Shown here: positions 30,526 through 42,075 of the stretch, in pieces | How positions within the stretch are numbered: position 1 is the first letter of the stretch | Layout: each line of letters begins with the position of its first letter | NCBI GenBank assembly: GCA_025558095.1 | Contig: JAIVFI010000001.1 | Coordinates: forward strand, 1,116,001 to 1,180,000 | Direction of reading: 5' to 3' | Source: Hyaloraphidium curvatum SAG 235-1 | Taxonomy: Eukaryota > Fungi > Monoblepharomycota | DNA: 64,000 bases | Made by a program: the position numbers and the translations under genes | The notes under the pieces: generated by a model | The model's database searches: none | What the model was told of the DNA's origin: nothing | Seen by the model: only the letters and a program-made list of their open reading frames with translations

Positions 30526-31839
30526 ATGCGAATACGCGTCCAACGGCAGAGCTATGGACTGCTCATGCTCCTGCTCTCGTCGGGAGCGTTCTGCATTTTG
30601 CTCCTACGGACACCGGGCCGCGATACCCTCGCGGACACATATCCTCGAGGCTCTCCCTTCCCCGACGAACGCGTCCCGCGCGACTCGGAACTCTCTTGCC
30701 CTCCGGCACCGGATCCTCCGCCGTGTCCCGCCGCAGCTCCGTGCCTTACTTCGAACGCGTCCGTGGCGCCACCGACGCGCGAACGGCAGCAGCTTCTGGG
30801 GGAAGCCCTCGACAGGCTGGGACCAACGGACAAGTCCCGCGTCTTCTACTCCACGGACCCGCCCATTCCCGCGTGGCACGAACGCTGGCTTGCCCGGGCG
30901 GGCACGTCGAACGTGCCGTGCCGGCAGCGCGGCTGGGAGTACCGGGACTCAAAGGCCCGGCTCATCGACCTCTTCCTCCTGAACAACGAGATCGACCCGC
31001 TGGAGGTCCGGCTGAACGAACTCGATCCCGTGGTGGACCTCTTTGTCATCGTCGAGTCGCTACGGACCTTTACGGGCAACGAGAAGCCCTCGACCTTTGA
31101 CCAGCACGTCGCGAACGACCCTCGCTTCGCGCGGTTCCTTCCAAAGATCGTCCACCTCAAGCTGGAAAAGCTCGAGGGCACAACCAACATGGACCGGGAA
31201 GCGTACCAGAGGAACGCGCTCACGGAACGCGGCCTGGAAGCCGCCAAAGCCCGCCCCGGCGACCTCTTCATCATGGGCGACTTGGATGAGATCCCGCGCG
31301 GGAGCGTGCTGAACATGATGAAGACGTGCACGGGATGGGAACGCGCCGCCGGGCCGACGTGCATCTCCATGCGCCTCTTCTACTACGGCTACGAGTACCG
31401 CTGGGCCAACCGCGACTGGAACTTCCCGCACGTCGCCGTCCACCCGACCAACATGACGGCGCAGCAGATCAGGGATACCGACTGCAAGTGGGACGTGGCC
31501 TTTACCAACGCCGGGTGGCACTGCAGCTGGTGTTTCCCCGAGGTGGAGCAGTTTTCGGAGAAGCTCGAGGCGTACCGGCACCGGGAGGACTTTAAATCCG
31601 TGGACCGGTTCAAGGACAGGCTCTACGTCCTCGACTCGGTCGTCGGCGGGCTCGACTTTACCGACCGTGCGTTCCAGAAGTACGACAATTTGAGGTCGGC
31701 CGCGGGCGGATCGGAGGAGCTGATGGACATGCCGAGCTGGCTCGCGATCGAGAGGCCGCCGCACCTGGCGTACCTGTGGGACAGGCTACCGTGGGCGGTT
31801 TCCAAGGGATGGAAGGAGCCAGGGCCCGATGAGAAGTGA
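30526..31839 (+). CDS. Glycosyltransferase family 17 (MGAT3-like)
   Basis: Signal-anchor; LEVRLNELDPVVDLFVIVES..TFTG..KP, REAYQRN, GDLDEIPR, AGWHCSWCF. Confidence 0.88.
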   Translation: MRIRVQRQSYGLLMLLLSSGAFCILLLRTPGRDTLADTYPRGSPFPDERVPRDSELSCPPAPDPPPCPAAAPCLTSNASVAPPTRERQQLLGEALDRLGPTDKSRVFYSTDPPIPAWHERWLARAGTSNVPCRQRGWEYRDSKARLIDLFLLNNEIDPLEVRLNELDPVVDLFVIVESLRTFTGNEKPSTFDQHVANDPRFARFLPKIVHLKLEKLEGTTNMDREAYQRNALTERGLEAAKARPGDLFIMGDLDEIPRGSVLNMMKTCTGWERAAGPTCISMRLFYYGYEYRWANRDWNFPHVAVHPTNMTAQQIRDTDCKWDVAFTNAGWHCSWCFPEVEQFSEKLEAYRHREDFKSVDRFKDRLYVLDSVVGGLDFTDRAFQKYDNLRSAAGGSEELMDMPSWLAIERPPHLAYLWDRLPWAVSKGWKEPGPDEK

Positions 31840-31987
31840 ATGTAGGCTAGCTCATGCTCTGATGGACGGGAAATCCAGAGTGAGCCGAGCGGAAGATTTT
31901 CGGGATCCGGGGTGTCAGTGGCGCGGCCATCAACATTCAACCTCCCCACAAAAACCGACCGTGTTCGACGCGTCGGCATCTCCCGCG

Positions 31988-32758
31988 ATGGCGAATCTTC
32001 CCTTGGGTCCTCCGGTGGACGCGACTCCGCGGCCGCTGCCCGCTCGCGTGCCCCATATCGGCGCGTCCGTCAAGCTCGAGCCCCTCGCCGTTTCGCACGT
32101 CCCCGACCTCTGGCTCGCCGCGCAATCCGACACCACCGGCCGATCCTTTGCGTACCTACCCTACGGACCGTTTGCGGACGAGGATTCATTCCGCAAGCAG
32201 GTCATCAGTCTTGCCAGCTCCCATGACCCTTTGGCGTGGGCAGTCATACCCCACACTTCAGGGAAGGCGGAAGGGTGGCTCACGCTCATGAACATTGAGC
32301 CGGCGAATGCCGCCATCGAGATTGGCAACATTTGGTTCTCGCCGCTTTTGCAGCGCACGCGCGCGGCGACAGAGGCCATGTTCCTCGTCATGCGACATGT
32401 TAGTCCTTCCCCTGGCATATGCTTGCGCATGAAACTGACTCGTGCCGCCTTGCAGGCTATGGATGACCTGGGCTACCGCAGGATGGTCTGGAAGTGCAAT
32501 TCGCTCAACGCTCCTTCCCGCGCGGCCGCCTCCCGCCTGGGTTTCGTGCAGGAGGGCATCCTGCGCGGCCACATGGTCGTCAAGGGCCAGAGGCGCGACT
32601 CGGCGTTCTACTCCATCCTGGACAGCGAGTGGCCGACACGGCGCGACGCCATTGCGAACTGGCTGGCGGATTCGAACTGGGACGCGAAAGGGGCGCCCTT
32701 GCAGAGCCTTTCGGCCGCGACGGCAAAGTTGGAAAAGGCTCCGACCCTCGGTGCGTGA
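31988..32758 (+). CDS. GNAT N-acetyltransferase, RimJ/RimL family
   Basis: YLPYGPF, IEIGNIWFSPLLQRTRAATEAMFL, LGYRRMVWKCNSLNAPSRAAASRLGF; in-frame intron 32399-32455. Confidence 0.9.
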   Translation: MANLPLGPPVDATPRPLPARVPHIGASVKLEPLAVSHVPDLWLAAQSDTTGRSFAYLPYGPFADEDSFRKQVISLASSHDPLAWAVIPHTSGKAEGWLTLMNIEPANAAIEIGNIWFSPLLQRTRAATEAMFLVMRHVSPSPGICLRMKLTRAALQAMDDLGYRRMVWKCNSLNAPSRAAASRLGFVQEGILRGHMVVKGQRRDSAFYSILDSEWPTRRDAIANWLADSNWDAKGAPLQSLSAATAKLEKAPTLGA

Positions 32759-32872
32759 TGTGCGGTAGGCGGGCTCTGTAAGGAAGAGAGAAAGAATGGA
32801 AGAAGGGGCGGGTATCACTTGTGTTGGCGTCTAGGGGACTACATCGGCCAGTCTAGGTCACAGAAGAACACA

Positions 32873-34291
32873 TCACTGCGGGTCAACGACCGTATCATCT
32901 CCAGCCGTGGATTTGGTCTGCTTGCGCTTGATCCGCGAGTACGGCCCCATCCCGTCCTTGGTGACAAAGTCCCACAGGCTGCCGATCCAGCTCGGGACCG
33001 TCTCCAGGTTGTCGTAGAACTCGGGCGCGATCTTGCGCACCTCGGGAAGCAGGGTCCACGGGATGTTCGGCAGGTCGTGGTGCTCGTTGTGGTAGCCCAC
33101 GTTGAACCCGAGGCTGGCACGAAGCGACGCCGTCAGATGCTGGATCAAAGGAGCGGCGCCCGATGAGCTCACATGTTCATCCACCCGTAGTAGCTGTACG
33201 TCTCCTGCCCCTTGGAAAAGACGTAGTGCTCGGCAATGAAGTGGCCCGCCATGGGGTGCAGGCTGCCGCCGAGGAGCACGCTCGCGGCCAGGTAGAAGAT
33301 CGCGTTGAATCCCCAGAACTTGAGGGTGAGCAGCATCACGCTGATTTGGATCGCGAAGTTCATGGAGTACCACGACGTGAGCCACTCGCGCGCGGTCTCC
33401 GGCATGCGGAAGGTGCGCGACGTCGCGACCAGCTTGGGCCGGATGGCTGCGCGGCACCAAAGGCGTCAGCGAAATGGGTCCGTCCTGGGGTAGCCGAAGA
33501 GGCCCACCGTAGAACAGGATCTGGAAGGTGCAGAAGAAGAGCTTGCCCGGAACGCTGTTCAAAAACTTGGCTTCCAGAGTCGACGGAAGATCACCGTCGA
33601 TTCCATCGACCCCTTGGAAGCGGTGGTGGTCCATGTGGTAGCGCTGTTTGCCCAGGGTTCGTCAACCGCGCCCCGGTGGGCGTTCGCAAAGAATGCCCAC
33701 CTTGAACTCCACGCAGAAAGGCAGGACAATGGGCAGGTTGGCGATGCAGGCGAGGATTTTGTTGGGAAGGAAGGCCTTGAAGGCGAGGTAGTGCGTGATC
33801 TCGTGAATGGAGAGGACGAGAGAGGCAGTGATGGTTCCCCCGATAAAGTCTGCGAATGAATCGGCGCGGGAACATCGCGAGCGCGAGATCAGCTCTCTAG
33901 CTACGGGCAAACTTCCGAAGGACCGAGGAGACTCACAGGCGATGACCCAGAACTCCCACGTCCTCCAGTCCCTCCCGGTGCTGCTCAGCCACCAAGCGAG
34001 GGCAAACTGGGCGACGACCTCGGCCGTGACGATCCACTTCGTCAGCGGCTCGTGGCGCATGAGCTTCCGGAGCTCGGGGTGGGCCTTGAGCATGGCGTCA
34101 CGCCGGGACTTGTGGGGTTCCTCGTCGTGCACCCAGTAGAAGTCGTCCAGCTTGTGGTCCAGGGTGAAGAGCGCGGCCGTGGGATCCGTCTCCTCGGCCG
34201 ACTTTCCGGCCCCGCCGGCGCCCCTCCTGCGCCGCGATTCCGAATCGGCCCCGGCAGCGCCGTTCGCCGCCACGTCCCCGATACGACCCAT
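32873..34291 (-). CDS. DES1: Sphingolipid delta-4 desaturase
   Basis: Introns 33936-33850, 33700-33644, 33507-33447, 33172-33114; DFYW..EEPH..RR..LKAHPE and His boxes HEITH, HMDHH, HNEHH. Confidence 0.93.
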
Positions 34292-34603
34292 GGCTGCCAG
34301 CGGCGCCTGCGGGTTCCTGCCCGCAAAAAAAGTCCGAGATTTAAATGGGGGCTCGACGGCTCTTCTTATGAGAGCGTCGGCAGCCGGGGGTGCGTTCGAT
34401 GCTTTCTCGACTTTGGGGCAGGGCCGCGGCACCGCCCGCCAGCACATGTCAGGCCACCGGCGAGGTGACTAATCTAGCTCTTCGGCCGTGAGCAACTGAA
34501 ATTCATCCATCGATGATCCTGTAGCTCCGATCAGTGGCGATCCGTGTTGGACGGCTCCGATTCGCACCGCTCGGGTGAGGCGGTGGACGCACCGGCCCCG
34601 TGC

Positions 34604-35152
34604 ATGGCCTCTCAACTCGCTGTGTTCGCCGCCCTTCTCGCGTGCTTCATCGCTATTGTGGCGCGCACGACTGTCGACGAAAAGCGCACGGCGATGGACG
34701 AAAGACGCTCCGCCATGTTCATCGAAGAGCAGGACGAAGTCTGGGAGGACGTGACGCGCGAGCTTGCGGCGGGCGACAAGCGGAGCCACTGGATGTGGTT
34801 CGTTTTCCCGCAGCTGCGCGGGCTCGGCCATTCCCGCATGGCGCGGACGTTCGGAATCGTGGACCTGGAGGAGGCGCGGGCGTACCTCGCGCATCCGGTG
34901 CTGGGTCCGAGGCTTCGCGAGTGCGTTCAGACCGTGCTCCGGGTCCCGGAGGACAAGACGGCCAGGGATATCTTCGGAGGCATCGATGCCGTCAAATTCA
35001 GGTCGTGCCTGACGCTCTTCGGGGAGGCGGAGCCCGGAGAAGACACGATTTGGCGGAAGGCGCTCGATCGCTTTTACGACGGCCAGAAGGATCCACAGAC
35101 TCTGGATATTGTCCTGGAGGGAGGGAACGGAAGTCCAAAGAACAAAGACTGA
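34604..35152 (+). CDS. DUF1810 family protein
   Basis: ELAAGDKRSHWMWFVFPQLRGLG..EARAYLAHPVLGPRL..IFGGIDAVKFRSCLTLF; start at 34604 (adds a hydrophobic segment) or 34694. Confidence 0.88.
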   Translation: MASQLAVFAALLACFIAIVARTTVDEKRTAMDERRSAMFIEEQDEVWEDVTRELAAGDKRSHWMWFVFPQLRGLGHSRMARTFGIVDLEEARAYLAHPVLGPRLRECVQTVLRVPEDKTARDIFGGIDAVKFRSCLTLFGEAEPGEDTIWRKALDRFYDGQKDPQTLDIVLEGGNGSPKNKD

Positions 35153-35227
35153 TCTATCCTGACATTTCCATGGGTACAAGGGGCCTCGCCGCCGTCTAGC
35201 CAGTCTCGGTATTCCCTGAAAGGCCGG

Positions 35228-38200
35228 TCACCGCTCCGAAACGCTCGTGGTGTCGTCCCTGCAAAGCAGCCGTCAATCCATATCGTCCACGAGACCGACC
35301 CCAAGCACCGGGTACCCACATATCGAGCGACACCGACGAAGCCGGCGGTTCCGACCCCTCCTTGGTGTGCCTGTCGTCGTCCCCGACCACCGACCCCGCC
35401 GCCGACCCCTCCACGGCCTCCTTCTGCTTCTTCCGCAGCAGCCCGTGCGGGTCCTGCACGTCCACGGTGCCCCTCTTGCGCTTGCGCTTCTTCTTGCCCT
35501 CGGCCTCCTCCTCGGCCTTCTCCACCGCGTCCAGGAACTGCTTCTCCGTCAGCCCGTCGTCGTACACGACCTCCTTGCGCGCGCGGTGGCCCCGCCCCGT
35601 CTCCTCGATGATCTTTTCCGCCTCGTCCTGCGGCGGGTGCTCGATCCGGTAGATCTCGGGCACCTCCTCGTCCGTCATGAGCCGCTCGTGCATCAGCGAC
35701 GGCTTGGGCGGCCCGCCGATCTCGGCCCAGTCGCGCTCGTCCGCCGCGGCGCGCTCGACGTCGAGCTGCCGGAACACCTCGAGCTCCTCCTCGGACCGCT
35801 GCAGGATGTCGTTGAGCTCCTCGTCCCCGGTCTCGGTCTCCATGTCGGTCGTGTGCGCGCCGATGCGCGCCCGCTCCATGACCGCCTTGAGCACGTTCTC
35901 GCGGTCCATGGCCGTCGACTTGTCGTCGAACTTGCCGGCCTGGATGACCTTGCCGTCCATGTCGAGCTTGAAGTGGGCGCGGTCCTGGATCTCCTCCTCC
36001 ACCGTGCCCGAGGTGATGAGCCGCAGCACGAGCACCTGCTTTTTCTGCCCGATCCGGTGCGCGCGGTCCTGCGCCTGCAGGTCCTGGTGCGGGTTCCAGT
36101 CCGAGTCGAAGATGATGACGGTGTCGGCGGCCTGCAGGTTGAGCCCGAGGCCGCCGGCGCGAGTGGTGAGGATGAAGAGGTTGTACTCGGAGTCCGCGGC
36201 GTTGAACTTGGACAGGGCCTCCTCGCGGATCTCGCCCTTGCTGTTGCCGTCCAGGCGCAGCCACTTCCAGCCGCGCCAGATCATGTAGTCCTCGAGCACG
36301 TTCATCTCCTCCTTCATCTGGAAGAACATGAGCACGCGGTGGCCGGTCCGGAAGAGCTTGGGGAGGATTCTGCGGGCGGGCGAAGGTGAGCGGAGGATCC
36401 GACCGCGGGATCCGGAAAGGCCCACCGATCGAGGAGCTCGAATTTGCCGCTCACGCGGTAGGTCTGGATGTTGGCCCCGCCCTTGGGGTTCATGTAGTTC
36501 TCGACCTCGGGGAAGGCGTAAGGGTGGTTGCAGACCTTGCGAAGGTGCATGAGCGGGTTGTTGAGGCTCTTTCCGGACCTGCGGCGCACGACGGTCAGGG
36601 AACGAACGGCCGGGTCCCGCGACGGGCGGCGCACCTCTTGAGCCGCTCGTCCTTCTCCGTCGGCAGGAAGCCGTACTTGGAGATCTGGTCGTACAGCCGC
36701 TTCTGCAGCGCCGACATGCCGCACCGGATGACCTTTTCCACCTTGTCCGGCAGGTCCGACGCCACGTCCTTCTTGAGCCTCCGCAGCAGGAACGGCCGCA
36801 GGACCTGGTGCAGCCGCCGGATGATGAGCAGCGACTCCTCCTCGTTCAGCTCGACCTTTTCGCCGCCGCCGGCAAAGGGCGAGTTGAACCACTCGTCAAA
36901 GGTCTTGACCGAGGCGAAGATCTTTGGGCAGATGAAGTTGAGCAGCGCCCACAGCTCCGGCAGGTTGTTCTGCAGCGGCGTGCCCGTGAGGATGAGGCGG
37001 TACCGCGAGGTGTAGAACTGCGTGAGCGTCTGCACGAGCTTGCTCCCCGCGTTCTTCATCCTGTGCCCCTCGTCGATGATCATGTGCACCCATTTGACCT
37101 TGCCCAGGAGCGCCTTTTCCAGGACGATGTACTCGAAGGTCGTCAGGACGACGTCGAACTGGCCCATGCGAATGGTGTTGGAGATGTTCTTGCGCTCGAT
37201 CTTGGTGCCCTTCATCATGACGGTGCGCAGGTCCGGGGCCCACTTTTCGAGCTCGTAGGACCAGTTGGTCATGGTGGAGAGGGGGACGATGATGAGGAAG
37301 GGGCCGCGCTGCTTCTTGGTCTCGTAGAGGTACGCGAGGAGCGAGATGGTCTGTCCGCCGCGGGTGAGCCGAAAGCGGGGCGGGAGCAGGGCACCGGCAC
37401 GCCGGTCCGCGCCGGCCACGCACCTGGATGGTCTTGCCGAGCCCCATCTCGTCGGCCAGGATCCCGTTGAGCTTGTTGTTGTACAGGCTGACCATCCACT
37501 GCAGCCCCTTGAGCTGGTACTCCTTGAGCTCCCCGCCCCTGAGCATCCGCGGCTGGCGCGTGACGGGCTCGACGATGCGGTGCGCGAGCCCGTAGAAGTC
37601 GGACTTTTCCTTGTCCCTCGTCGTCACGGCGCCGTCCTCCACGGGCGACTCGGGCTCGTCCATGTCGACCGTCTCCTGCTGCTGCGCGACCTTGTCGGTG
37701 AGCTTGCGCAAAAAGTCGTTGGTCTGCTGCATGATGTGCTGCACGCGCGTGTCCTTGGACTCCTTGACCAGGCGCAGGTACGTCTCCTCGTCTGGCACGC
37801 AGCGTCAGCGAGGGACAATTCCGCCGGGTGCGGTGGCATACCGTTCTCGCGCAGCGCGCGCAGCCGCTCGCTCCGTTCCATCTCGATCCTCGCGGCCTCG
37901 TCCTTCTCGATCTGCACGTGCATCTTCTGCACCTGCGCGCCCAGCTTGCCCAGCCAGTCCCTCCGCCCCGCGGCGGCCTCGCGCACCTCCCTGCCGTGCG
38001 CGCACACCGACGCCAGAAAGTCCGCCTGCGTGATCTTCTCGCGCCTGTCGCCCGCGGGGCCGCCGCGGGACTGCACGAGCGGCTGGCGGACGTCGGCGGG
38101 CTTGCGGCGGAAGGGCAGCGCGTGCAGGCGGCGGTCGGCGAGGGCGGCCGCGCCGGGCGGCAGCATGCAGCGCGCGACCTCCTCCCGCAGGCGGCGCTGC

Positions 38201-38886
38201 CTGTCGAGCAGCCGCAGCGCCTTGAGTTCGATCACGGCGCGCATCTTTGCCGACGAGCCGGGCGGCAGGCTGGGTGCCGGGCCGCGCGACACCCACAGCG
38301 CGGGGTCGTCGGCAAAGGGCGCGGCGGAGAGCGCGGCGGGCAGCGCCTCGAGCTCCGCGACGCGGGCGGCCACGCGGGTGCGGGCGGCGTCGGCGTCGCG
38401 CGGCGGGAGGCCCGGCGGGGCGCGCGCGCGCCTTGCCGGCAGCGCGGGGAACGGGTCGGCCGTTGTTGGCGGGGCGGGCGCCGCGCTGTCCAGCAGGCCG
38501 GCGGGCACGGGCGCGCCGCGCCGCAGCAGCCGGAACGCCGCCAGCTGCGCGCGCACCGCGGGGAGCAGCGCGGCCGGCAGCGGGGGCAGCGGGGCCCGCA
38601 CGGTGCCCACGCCGGGGAGGGCTGTCCCCGGTAGGTTCCCCTGCAGGCCGTCCGCCTCCTGCGGGCTATCGACCCGCCCCGCCGACCCCACGCGGAGGTG
38701 CAGCTTCAGCGGCGGGGCCAGCGGCGGGGCCAGCGGCCGCGGCTGCCCGACCTCCATCCCCGCCGGATCCGGGCCTGCCCCGGCAGCCTCCAGGGCGCCG
38801 TCCGGCGCCCCGCCCGGCCCGTCCGCGGCCGACGGAGAGCCGCCCCGTCCGTTTGGGTGCCCCGCGGCTTCGGCGGCCGTCGCCAT
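35228..38886 (-). CDS. Snf2/Sth1 (Brahma-type) chromatin-remodelling ATPase with QLQ, HSA, helicase and SnAC regions
   Basis: Introns 37841-37792, 37423-37351, 36634-36579, 36425-36370, probably 35319-35259 (otherwise the stop is at 35196); [52 protein letters not shown]. Confidence 0.93.
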
Positions 38887-39420
38887 GGGCCCGCCGGTGC
38901 ACAAATGATTTTGGTCAAACCGTCGCAGCCCGGCCGGCGACCACACTCACCCCGAACCTGCTCCCATGCGCGGTCCCGCAGGCCGCTGCTGGGCGCGAGA
39001 AAATGCTCGGCTGGTGGCGGATCTCGCGGTGCCGGCGGTGGATGGCGGCTGCCGCACGCAGGGCACGCCCGGCAACCTCCGCCCGGCAGGACGCTGCCCC
39101 GGCATGCCCGGCGCCCCCGCCCCCCCTTGCGCGGTTTCGGACGACGCCTGGCGATGTATTCTCGGGGTCTGCCGCAACGGACGCGGGCGGCATGCCCGAC
39201 GGACCGGTCCCGTGCGCCGCATGCGCCCCCTCCACCCACGGACCCCCGGCGGCGCCCCGGACGGCATGCAGAAATCCGGAACCGGGCACGGACCCGTCCG
39301 ACGGCATCGGCCGGTCCGGCATGAGCAGGTTCGAGGCATCCGATCCATTCCGCCGCCGTCCAAGAGCGTCTCCGCTGTCCCGTCCCGGCGTCGGTCCCGT
39401 CCCGTCCCGTCCCGTGCAGC

Positions 39421-40092
39421 CTACTCCTTCTTGGTGTTGGCCTGCCACACCCTGCAAGCAACGGCCACGTCAGCACCGTACGGATCCCCCGCCCCCGCGG
39501 CGCCCACCTCTTGGCCAGCTCCGTGATGCCGACGTCGTTGGTGTTGAACTGGTACGCCCCGTAGATGACCACGGCCGTGAGCCCCTTGAGCCCCCACGCA
39601 AGCACGGTGTAGAGCGAGCCGAACTTGCGGTAGGGCACGTAGTCGGTCAGCACGACGTCGAAGCCCATGTGGGTGTGCAGCGGCACGGCGAAGGCCAGGC
39701 CAAAGTCGACCATGGGGTTGCCGGCGCCGGTGACGGCGGGGGCGAGGCACAGCGCGGCGGTGGCGACCGAGAGCAGGCGCTCGGCGTCCCAGTGGTACGA
39801 GCCGCTGGAGCGGGCCGAGGGGAGCTGCGCGACGCGGTCGTTGGGGCGCAGCGCGGGCGCCTGCTCGGGCGGGTAGGCGGCGGCGGCGCGGGCGGCGGGG
39901 GCTGCTCGCCGGACGGGGCATCGCGATGGCGGATGGCGGGCCGGGCGGGGAGGGACGGTCAGGCGGGCACCACGAGGGAACGCCACGGGGCGCACCGGCG
40001 TGGAACGGCCGCGGCGCCGCGAGCGCCATCCACGCCGCGCGCGAGGCGGGCGTGCGGGCGGCGATGCGCGAGCAGAAGAGCTGCGAGGCCAT
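39421..40092 (-). CDS. SDH4: Succinate dehydrogenase cytochrome b small subunit (CybS; Sdh4/Tim18 family)
   Basis: Introns 39995-39902, 39507-39452; Arg/Ala-rich presequence, GSYHWDAER, HTHMGFDVVLTDYV, FNTNDVGITE. Confidence 0.92.
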   Translation of the reverse strand: MASQLFCSRIAARTPASRAAWMALAAPRPFHAGAPRGVPSWCPPDRPSPPGPPSAIAMPRPASSPRRPRRRRLPARAGARAAPQRPRRAAPLGPLQRLVPLGRRAPALGRHRRAVPRPRRHRRRQPHGRLWPGLRRAAAHPHGLRRRADRLRALPQVRLALHRACVGAQGAHGRGHLRGVPVQHQRRRHHGAGQEVGAAGAGDPYGADVAVACRVWQANTKKE

Positions 40093-40673
40093 CGCGGTCG
40101 GGGCGTGGGGGGGCGCCGGCGGGAAGGGCAAGATGGCCGGGAGGCGCCGGCCGGCTTGCAAGCAAAGCGGAGGCACCAGGCGCCGGCCCCGCGCACACCT
40201 TCGATTCCGAGCAAATGCCCGATCTACGAACATCGCTAGGTGGCACTGAAGCATTCGATGGAGGGCGGGGCCTCGCCGTGCCCGATTCGGCGGCCGATCG
40301 CCGTTCCCGGGCCTGCCCGCACCCGCGCCGACCAGGTAGCCCGCGAAGAACAGCAGATCCCCCCGTCGGGTTGTTATTCCGACGTCTCACCATCCAACCG
40401 GTGCCTCGGTTGGTGAATTCGGCTCTGCAGGTGCACAGGGGCAGCTGGGAGGATTGTGCGACGCAGGTGGCGGACGAGACGGGCAACGCGGGGCACCGAG
40501 CGGATATCTGTGTAGGGCTCTCATTGTAGATCCATGTCAGTTTTCTGGTTGCGTCCCCATCAGCCCAACTGTGTGGGCGAGGCCGGAGAGTGATTGACTC
40601 GGTGCGGAGTGCGGGCTGCTCGCGCCCTCATGCGGCACCACGGACAAACTCCACACCTGTGGGAAGGCCCGCG

Positions 40674-41738
40674 ATGATGGGCGACCACCGGCAGCCCGTG
40701 CGGTTCGGCCACTTCTCCGCGCCGGCCGAGTCGCAGCCGCCGCAGCCGCGCGGGCGGAAGCGGCGCGCGTCGGACGACGGCGGCGGCGGCGACGACGACG
40801 CGAAGCGCGCGCGCGGCGAGGCCGGCGACGAGGAGGCCGAGATCCGCGAGCGGCTGCTGGCGTACCAGGCGTCTCAGGCGCACAGCCAGCAGGGACACAA
40901 CCTGCAGCCGGGGCAGGGAGGGCAGGGACACCCGCACCACCAAGGACAGCAGGGGCAGCCGGCGGACGCCCCACCCCAAATCCCGCTGCGCCGCCAGCTG
41001 GCGAACCTCGACCGCGACGCCCTCCTGAACCTGCTCGGCTCGCTGCTGCAGATGCACCCAGGCCTCGAGCCCGCCGTCGCCGCGCTGCTCCCCCGCCCCT
41101 CGGTCGCCTCGGCCTCGGCGCTGCTCTCGGGCCTGCTGGCAAAGCTGGACGCCGCATTCCCCTACACAAAATGGGGCCCCGACAGGGGCGACTACTCGTT
41201 CAACCGCGTGCGCCCGCAGCTCGAGGACCTGCTGCAGCAGGCCGCCGAGCACCTGGCCTACTTTGCCGACCCGCGCAACCACCCCGAGCACGAGTACCCC
41301 GGCCTCGCCATGCCCTTCCTCGCCTTCACGGTGCAGCTGTGCGCGCGGCTGCCCGAGTGGCAGAACCCGCAGCGCACCGCAGAGACCCGCGACGTGCTCC
41401 TCGCCCGCGCCCTGCAGACGTACCCCGCCGTGCTCCGCGAGCTGGGCCGCCGCTCGCGCGAGGAGGGCCGCGTGTTCCCGGCGCCGCAGCTCAAGCAGTG
41501 GGCCGCGGACATGCAGGCGCTGCAGGCGCGGTTCCCGGGGTTCCCGGGCGTGCAGGCCGCGCTCGGGTGCTTCGAGAGGGAGCTGGGGTGGCTGATGCCG
41601 CCCGCGGAGCCGCAGGGGGGGATGCCGGCGGCGCTGGCGGCGATACTGGGGGAGGGAACGTTCGCGAGCCATCCGGTGCTGCAGGGGCAGGGCGTCGTCG
41701 GCGTCGGGCCGGGGCACGGGTGGGAGAAGCGCGGTTAG
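40674..41738 (+). CDS. STS1: Nuclear proteasome tethering factor Cut8/Sts1
   Basis: GRKRRASDD NLS-like stretch; IPLRRQLANLD..HP..LPRPSV..AFPY..DYSFNRVRPQL. Confidence 0.82.
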   Translation: MMGDHRQPVRFGHFSAPAESQPPQPRGRKRRASDDGGGGDDDAKRARGEAGDEEAEIRERLLAYQASQAHSQQGHNLQPGQGGQGHPHHQGQQGQPADAPPQIPLRRQLANLDRDALLNLLGSLLQMHPGLEPAVAALLPRPSVASASALLSGLLAKLDAAFPYTKWGPDRGDYSFNRVRPQLEDLLQQAAEHLAYFADPRNHPEHEYPGLAMPFLAFTVQLCARLPEWQNPQRTAETRDVLLARALQTYPAVLRELGRRSREEGRVFPAPQLKQWAADMQALQARFPGFPGVQAALGCFERELGWLMPPAEPQGGMPAALAAILGEGTFASHPVLQGQGVVGVGPGHGWEKRG

Positions 41739-42075
41739 GATGGAGCTGGAGCCGGCCATGCTGGCGACGATTGGCGGCGACGATTGCTCTCGGGCAGGGC
41801 TTTCTCGGGTCCTGAGCATTCACGGATAGACTATGGATGCCTTTGACATTATACCCCGATCGTTTTCTGTTGCAAATCCGTTTTCACGAGCTCTGCGGAT
41901 GGGGGAAGCCGACCGGTGGAAGGCGGAAGCTCCGCACCCGAATCCCACCCGGCCGAAACAAAATCGCATCGTCCCATCGCGGCCCGGTTTCCGTGCTTCG
42001 GAGGCACGGCCCATCGCGCCGGCCCCCTACGTAGCCCTTGCCGAGCCCGCCCGCCGAGCTCCCTCAGCGGACGCG

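Noticed and set aside
26807-31839. SGNH, NMO and GT17 genes as a biosynthetic gene cluster
   Set aside because: There is no backbone enzyme or coherent pathway; adjacency is explained by overall gene density.
39394-39415. (GTCCC)n run downstream of SDH4
   Set aside because: An ordinary short microsatellite with no further structure.
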